Origin: a virus
Taxonomy: Duplodnaviria; Caudoviricetes
Virus record (IMG/VR): IMGVR_UViG_3300025147_000024
Coordinates: 1-41,503 of that record
Length of the DNA stretch: 41,503 bases
Reading direction: 5' to 3' (one strand)
Every line of letters starts with the position of its first letter. Within the stretch, counting starts at the first letter, position 1. The notes under the pieces were generated by a model, which was given only the letters and a program-made list of their open reading frames with translations, ran no database searches and was not told where the DNA came from. A program made the position numbers and the translations under genes. Below are positions 36,646 through 41,503 of this stretch, piece after piece.

Positions 36646-37577
36646 AACTCAATGGTTTCAATGTAAAAATTATAAAAAGATTTGATTTGTTTATTACGCT
36701 CAGTTAGTGAATTGTCATTCATTTCATTCAGTAGCTTATACATATGGTCGAATTCTTCTGCAAAATCTATGACGGCCTCCTCTTCTGTGTTACCCGTGCC
36801 TATAATGTTTAATAATTCATTTTGGATGAGATAATAATTGTTCTCTTTTTCAAATAAACATCTCAGGGGAGATTTCAAAACATAACTACATTCAGGGGCA
36901 ACAATAACTTCCGGGGCATACTCTAATGAAATATTTTTCCCGGTATAAACATCCACTATCTTTCTTTTTACTTTGCCTTTGATGGTTTTATAATACTTCA
37001 TTTTGGCAACTCCTTCGCCAAAGTCCGAGATCTCGGGTTTACTTTCCTCGATCTTTGAAATTAAAGAATCTCTTACTCCTGGTTTAAACTTTTTTATACT
37101 GTAGAGTTGGATTACTTTTCCCTCCTTCTCACTGTAGTTTCCAAATGAAACCGGGGCAGTGCCAAATGAAGCTGTAAATTCATAAAAATCCGCTACAACT
37201 AAATTTCTTTTAAACGGTTCTGGATAAAGTTCTTTGATTTTTGAATAATCGCCGGTATCAGCAATCGCAATGAGCTGTTCAAATTTTTCCCCAACTTTAT
37301 TTCTCTGGATTTGCCAATCCTGCCCAGTTTTGGATTCTGATCGTTGGCTAAAAGCAATTTTAGGAACGGCACTCCCTTTCTTAAAATCAACTAATTCAAT
37401 TTTAAAATTATCGAGATTAATTGGAGTGTCAGAAGGCAGATCATATTTTGCTAATGTTAAAACTAATTCCTGAAAGGCAGATGCAAAACGCACTAAATAA
37501 TCAATGGGAAGAGAATTGTATCTGCCAATTTCACCTCCAATTTCAATATAGGCACCGGTTTCTAAATCAATATCCAT
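36642..37577 (-). CDS. Unknown N-terminal domain fused to a C-terminal HicB-like antitoxin domain
   Basis: C-terminal FEKENNYYLIQNELLNIIGTGNTEEEAVIDFAEEF; ATGA-coupled to the HicA-like gene. Confidence 0.6.
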   Translation of the reverse strand: MDIDLETGAYIEIGGEIGRYNSLPIDYLVRFASAFQELVLTLAKYDLPSDTPINLDNFKIELVDFKKGSAVPKIAFSQRSESKTGQDWQIQRNKVGEKFEQLIAIADTGDYSKIKELYPEPFKRNLVVADFYEFTASFGTAPVSFGNYSEKEGKVIQLYSIKKFKPGVRDSLISKIEESKPEISDFGEGVAKMKYYKTIKGKVKRKIVDVYTGKNISLEYAPEVIVAPECSYVLKSPLRCLFEKENNYYLIQNELLNIIGTGNTEEEAVIDFAEEFDHMYKLLNEMNDNSLTERNKQIKSFYNFYIETIEL

Positions 37578-37622
37578 AATATTTTATGCTTCGGTTTGGT
37601 TAATTCCTTTATATTTTCTGTG

Positions 37623-37931
37623 TCAATTCATGTGTGCACAAAGATCTTGTTTTGGCTCCGGTTTTAAGGTAAACATACTTCCTTTGCCTAAAAGAAGCCA
37701 ATCAGATGAAATGTCGAATTCCTTGATCAGTGGTAACATCCACGCCATTTGAAACCAGCCACGGCTTATCTCTTTTTTCTGAGCATAGTAATGGCGTCTG
37801 TCAATACCGGCTAAATTACAATAAGTTTGTATGCCTCTAATCTTTTTGTGTAAAATTAGCACGGATACAGCCTCATAAAATCTGTTCATGATCTCAATTG
37901 TCTCTTTTGCGTACTCTCTTTTTGCAGGCAT
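37623..37931 (-). CDS. Putative HTH (Xre-like) DNA-binding protein
   Basis: FDISSDWLLLGKGSMF C-terminal motif typical of Xre-family HTH domains. Confidence 0.7.
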   Translation of the reverse strand: MPAKREYAKETIEIMNRFYEAVSVLILHKKIRGIQTYCNLAGIDRRHYYAQKKEISRGWFQMAWMLPLIKEFDISSDWLLLGKGSMFTLKPEPKQDLCAHMN

Positions 37932-37935
37932 GGTG

Positions 37936-38715
37936 TTATTTTTTTAAGTAACCTTTGTTCATCATCCAATCAAGCCATTCATCCGATCCCTTTTCAAACG
38001 GGTTAATAGTCTCCTTGTTTATTTCAGATAACAGACTTTCCATTGAAAACCATTCTTTCTCAAATTCTGAATTATACCATATTGAGTTGACAACTTTTGT
38101 CATGACTCCCTCTACCATCTCGTTTTTGTAATCAATAACCCAAAACTCATCCAGTGTGATGCTGTCAGGAAGTTGATCGATCACTCTCTGAATTCTGCTA
38201 TTCGGGAATGCAGGACAGACGGTGAGATGCTTTCTTGCTATCTCAATCTGAACTTCATTCAAGATTTTGTTCTTGTCAATTACCCACGTGTCCGGCTCTA
38301 CCAGGTGCCCGTAATCATACCATTTCTTTATTCCGGGGGATTTTAGACCCAAGGATATAAAGTTTACTTTGTTGCAGCCCCAACCGGGATTACACTTTTC
38401 GTAATCAGCCGGATTATCTTGGGTGCTGTGATAACATTGCCTGATCTCTTGGAGGGCGTAAAACAACCTTCGATATTCCTTATTGACATTGCAGAGCCTG
38501 TCTTTATAATAGATCTCAAAACTGCTCCATTTGTCTATTATATTGAGAAGAGCATTGATCCACTCCCAAAGGTTAAACACTTCCTGCACCGATAACTTAA
38601 TCCGGATAAAATCCCCTTCAACAACTCCGCTCAATTTCGTAGCAAGTCTCAAAGCCTCTGGAAGACTTTTGGAACTCGTTTTTTTGCTGAATATTATTTT
38701 AAGTACCTTATCCAT
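37936..38715 (-). CDS. Hypothetical Cys-containing protein
   Basis: Long ORF in the lysogeny operon; ATG 38715 (MDKVLK) preferred. Confidence 0.7.
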   Translation of the reverse strand: MDKVLKIIFSKKTSSKSLPEALRLATKLSGVVEGDFIRIKLSVQEVFNLWEWINALLNIIDKWSSFEIYYKDRLCNVNKEYRRLFYALQEIRQCYHSTQDNPADYEKCNPGWGCNKVNFISLGLKSPGIKKWYDYGHLVEPDTWVIDKNKILNEVQIEIARKHLTVCPAFPNSRIQRVIDQLPDSITLDEFWVIDYKNEMVEGVMTKVVNSIWYNSEFEKEWFSMESLLSEINKETINPFEKGSDEWLDWMMNKGYLKK

Positions 38716-38730
38716 AACTACATTTATACG

Positions 38731-38747
38731 TGCGCTCAATAGGAAAG
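38731..38747. promoter_or_regulatory. 17-bp motif copy 5
   Basis: TGCGCTCAATAGGAAAG in the short intergenic gap. Confidence 0.55.
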
Positions 38748-38748
38748 G

Positions 38749-39282
38749 TTACGGTTTTAGAATCATTTTTAAAACAAATAAGTATATTCCTCCAAGAACT
38801 AAGGCCGCTAAAAAACCCCAAAAATGTAAAGCCAAAAAGAATATTAAGAGAAAAGGAATCACCGCCGCTAAAAGCCCCAAAACAGTACTCCATTTAAAAA
38901 CTACCGGCCCCGTTGGATATGCTGAAGTAGCCCCCGGATCAAATTGATAGTTACAGCTCAAACATGTGATCTTTATTTTATTACTTCCTATTGTTCCTGC
39001 TAAAGCCCCGATTCCCCCGGTCAATAAAACACCTCCGACGGCTTTGGTTCCAGAAAATCCCTGCTTATTTGCGGAGAGTTGGGTTGATTTACATTTAGGG
39101 CAACAAACACCCCCCGGGTTTTGATTTGCTGTGTAAGAAGGGGCCTGATAAGTATTGACTCTATAGTCAATAGGTGCTACTGGCTTGCTCCCGTAAAAAG
39201 GCATAGGCTTTCCGCAATGAGGGCAATATGTGTCTTTATCGCTTGCGTCCTTCCAACATTCTTTACATTTAACAATAGACAT
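38749..39282 (-). CDS. Double zinc-ribbon membrane protein
   Basis: CKEC..CPHC, CPKC..CLSC flanking a Gly-rich hydrophobic hairpin; two C-terminal TM segments. Confidence 0.75.
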   Translation of the reverse strand: MSIVKCKECWKDASDKDTYCPHCGKPMPFYGSKPVAPIDYRVNTYQAPSYTANQNPGGVCCPKCKSTQLSANKQGFSGTKAVGGVLLTGGIGALAGTIGSNKIKITCLSCNYQFDPGATSAYPTGPVVFKWSTVLGLLAAVIPFLLIFFLALHFWGFLAALVLGGIYLFVLKMILKP

Positions 39283-39291
39283 AGTTTGATT

Positions 39292-39975
39292 TTAAGGTTC
39301 TCTTTTGATTTCTTTTATATAAAACAATTGTACTATATCTTTTAGGTCAAGTTCAAAATCCGAATACTCAGGGTTGAAGGAATGGCAAGTAATTATCCCG
39401 TGTTCAACATCGTGGTCAATAATTTCTTTGCAGATGATTCCCTTCGTCCGATGTACGATCACAAAGGTTTTAGGGTGGTGTATCTTGCATTTCCAGTAAT
39501 CCCGAACAAGCTCTCTCCCTAATACCACGTCAGCATTGTAAATAGCATGTCTCTGACCATCCTCCATACTATCCCCGCGGATCTCGAAAGCCACGTAGTT
39601 TCCATTACTGAACTTCTTCGTGGCAATATATACTGGTTGTTGTTCTATGTACTCCACATCCGCGTACCCCGACAAATACCCTGCATGAGCATATTGGCCA
39701 ATCAGAGGGGCCGTAGTAACAAATTCAGAGAAAGGTTTTTTAATTGAGTTTTCTTCCTTTTTAAGCAGCATTTCATTTTCCTCATTTAATACCCAATCGG
39801 GGTTTATATTATAGTTTATCTCTAAAAGTCTCAGTACGCTTTTTGACAATGATTTCACCCTACCTCTCTCAATACCGGAATAACTACCCTGTTGAAGCCC
39901 AAGACTGGCGGAAAAATCCTCCTGATTTAAATTAAGGCTCTTTCTTATATGTCTCATTCTCTCTGATAGTTCCAT
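39292..39975 (-). CDS. cI: CI-like repressor (Xre HTH + S24 autopeptidase)
   Basis: LNQEDFSASLGLQQGSYSGIERG HTH; AHAG cleavage site; FEIRGDSME (Ser) and CKEI (Lys); start ATG 39975. Confidence 0.92.
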   Translation of the reverse strand: MELSERMRHIRKSLNLNQEDFSASLGLQQGSYSGIERGRVKSLSKSVLRLLEINYNINPDWVLNEENEMLLKKEENSIKKPFSEFVTTAPLIGQYAHAGYLSGYADVEYIEQQPVYIATKKFSNGNYVAFEIRGDSMEDGQRHAIYNADVVLGRELVRDYWKCKIHHPKTFVIVHRTKGIICKEIIDHDVEHGIITCHSFNPEYSDFELDLKDIVQLFYIKEIKREP

Positions 39976-40034
39976 TCTTACGTATTTATAATCATTATAA
40001 ATAATGGTTAAACCATAAAATACCCTTGATATTA

Positions 40035-40066
40035 TTTGCACGATATATGGCTGAGCTATATATTTG
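40035..40066 (+). promoter_or_regulatory. Early (lytic) promoter
   Basis: Consensus TTTG-N20-TATATTTG. Confidence 0.8.
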
Positions 40067-40092
40067 CACCATGTTAGTATTTAATAACAGCA

Positions 40093-40100
40093 CAAATATA
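40093..40100 (-). promoter_or_regulatory. -7 box of the repressor promoter
   Basis: TATATTTG on the minus strand; no good -33 element. Confidence 0.55.
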
Positions 40101-40169
40101 ACGAATCACAATAAGGGATTAAGACTAACAGTAAGAAAGTTTAAAAAATAACATAAAAAGAGTAATACC

Positions 40170-40562
40170 ATGGACTTCACAATCGCCTTTACTTCTTTCG
40201 ATGACCTGCCAAACCAGAAGACCGATTCAGACGCTTATAAATTTCACGTCCTACCGCCACAGGATTATACTGAAACGTCTGAGTACATCGCTCTTAAGTT
40301 GGAGAGATTCCACGCCAACCATAAGAACGAAAAAGAATTAAATGCCAAGATTAACAAAGCCTCTAAAATGCTAAAGAAGTTATTCAAAAAAGACGCGATA
40401 CAGCCCCTTCTATTATGGAGAGCTGACAAAGACTTTTTCGTAAGCTTCATACTTCCTTGCGAAGTGTTGGTTGATTCAATCGAAGAAGAAGTACTCTCTT
40501 TCTACTTCAAGAACTTCAGGCTTAACGGTCAAATAATTGAAATCCCATACACCTCCTTATAA
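40170..40562 (+). CDS. Hypothetical early protein
   Basis: First ORF after the early promoter. Confidence 0.7.
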   Translation: MDFTIAFTSFDDLPNQKTDSDAYKFHVLPPQDYTETSEYIALKLERFHANHKNEKELNAKINKASKMLKKLFKKDAIQPLLLWRADKDFFVSFILPCEVLVDSIEEEVLSFYFKNFRLNGQIIEIPYTSL

Positions 40563-40933
40563 TGAAACTAAAACAAGTAACCGGCACTTCGCCGTCAAAA
40601 GCAAAGTCCGCACCAACCGTCTCACTGAATTTCCTTAACGGGCGTATTTACTTCAATGCTCCAACTGTCCAGCTATTAGGGCTCAAAGAAGGTGACAGCC
40701 TTGCTTTTTATCAGGATGAAGAAAACCCCAAGGATTGGTACTTCACCAAAGCTAAAATAGATGGATCTGTGCAGTTAAAAGATGCAAATAAAGCCCTTGC
40801 CGCTTTTAACGGTGGGATTGCCCGCCGGATACTTCAATCAGTAGGACGTGACGGTACAGCGGGATTCTTCATTGCTGAAGAAAAAATGGACGATAAATAT
40901 TGGAAAATATTAACAGATAGAGCAATAAAATAG
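40562..40933 (+). CDS. Hypothetical protein, possible AbrB-like swapped-hairpin fold
   Basis: GRIYFNAPTVQLLGLKEGDSLAF resembles the AbrB G-x-I..LGL..GD motif. Confidence 0.6.
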   Translation: MKLKQVTGTSPSKAKSAPTVSLNFLNGRIYFNAPTVQLLGLKEGDSLAFYQDEENPKDWYFTKAKIDGSVQLKDANKALAAFNGGIARRILQSVGRDGTAGFFIAEEKMDDKYWKILTDRAIK

Positions 40934-40935
40934 CC

Positions 40936-41139
40936 ATGTGTAAAGTATCTATCCAAATATCTCTTAAACAACTCAAAAATAGAGTTGAGAGCATTACCCG
41001 CGAATACTCACTTGCAGTGATCGAAGGAACTGAAAACGGATGTGATTATCCTGATGCATCCGATAACCTAAGGTTCCTTAATGACCTGATCTTTGATATC
41101 GAATGCGCCAAAGAAGAACTTAAAATCAAGAAACAATAA
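40936..41139 (+). CDS. Hypothetical protein
   Basis: Translationally coupled early ORF. Confidence 0.6.
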   Translation: MCKVSIQISLKQLKNRVESITREYSLAVIEGTENGCDYPDASDNLRFLNDLIFDIECAKEELKIKKQ

Positions 41140-41426
41140 TGGAAACAACCCTCGTACAAAAAGCATTATCAGACCACGCAAGTAGAAAAGTGGAGCAAGG
41201 TGAAACAATTGAGTCACTTCTTAAGGCTTTTTACAGTAGCTCCCCCTTCGCAAACAGCCCGGAAGAAGCAAAGACGTTTCTTCAAGCCGGTAAGGTTGCT
41301 TATCCCCCTTACAAGCAAAATGTAATTGAGCTGAAGATAGGATATAAGTTGATCAGTGTTGATTCATACTCCTATCCACAGATTAGTCAGGCTTATGTAT
41401 ACGTAATCACTATTAAAACAGCATAA
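41139..41426 (+). CDS. Hypothetical protein
   Basis: Translationally coupled early ORF. Confidence 0.6.
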   Translation: METTLVQKALSDHASRKVEQGETIESLLKAFYSSSPFANSPEEAKTFLQAGKVAYPPYKQNVIELKIGYKLISVDSYSYPQISQAYVYVITIKTA

Positions 41427-41430
41427 CAAT

Positions 41431-41503
41431 ATGAACTTAACTGAATTGTATAAACAATTGCGCGACCAGCCAACTCCACAGAGAGAATTTCGGGCAAAGA
41501 TTG
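41431..41503 (+). CDS. Start of a possible Cro-like regulator (3'-truncated)
   Basis: MNLTELYKQLRDQPTPQREFRAKI..; only 24 codons are visible. Confidence 0.4.
   Translation, partial: MNLTELYKQLRDQPTPQREFRAKI

Noticed and set aside
1-41503. CRISPR array, introns/inteins or stop-codon reassignment
   Set aside because: No repeat-spacer array was seen; core genes are uninterrupted and of normal length under the standard code.

Overview
About 41.5 kb of a temperate, long-tailed (siphovirus-type) phage of a Bacteroidota host. Host evidence: TTG-N19-21-TAnnTTTG promoters, AT-rich translation starts with no Shine-Dalgarno sites, and a Bacteroidota-type integrase. Gene order: 5'-truncated ADP-ribosyltransferase, TerS, TerL, portal, MuF-like head protein with a metallopeptidase tip, HNH-AP2 endonuclease, an oppositely oriented ~5 kb accessory operon (DNA MTase, ThyX, MazG-like protein, many small membrane proteins), then scaffold/capsid/neck/tail genes, a lysis cassette, the integrase, an intact attP (3' part of tRNA-Arg(CCT)), a lysogeny operon with a HicB-fusion/HicA-like pair and a CI repressor, and early genes. 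Phage genes lie on both sides of the att core, so this is the excised/virion configuration. The most unusual signals are non-coding: (1) a ~95-nt leader RNA with perfectly complementary kissing loops in front of the HNH-AP2 gene, (2) a tRNA-shaped element with a 40-nt anticodon arm between a terminator and the tail-chaperone start, and (3) two independent palindromic operator families on promoters across the genome. All protein calls come from reading motifs and synteny by eye; no database search was run.
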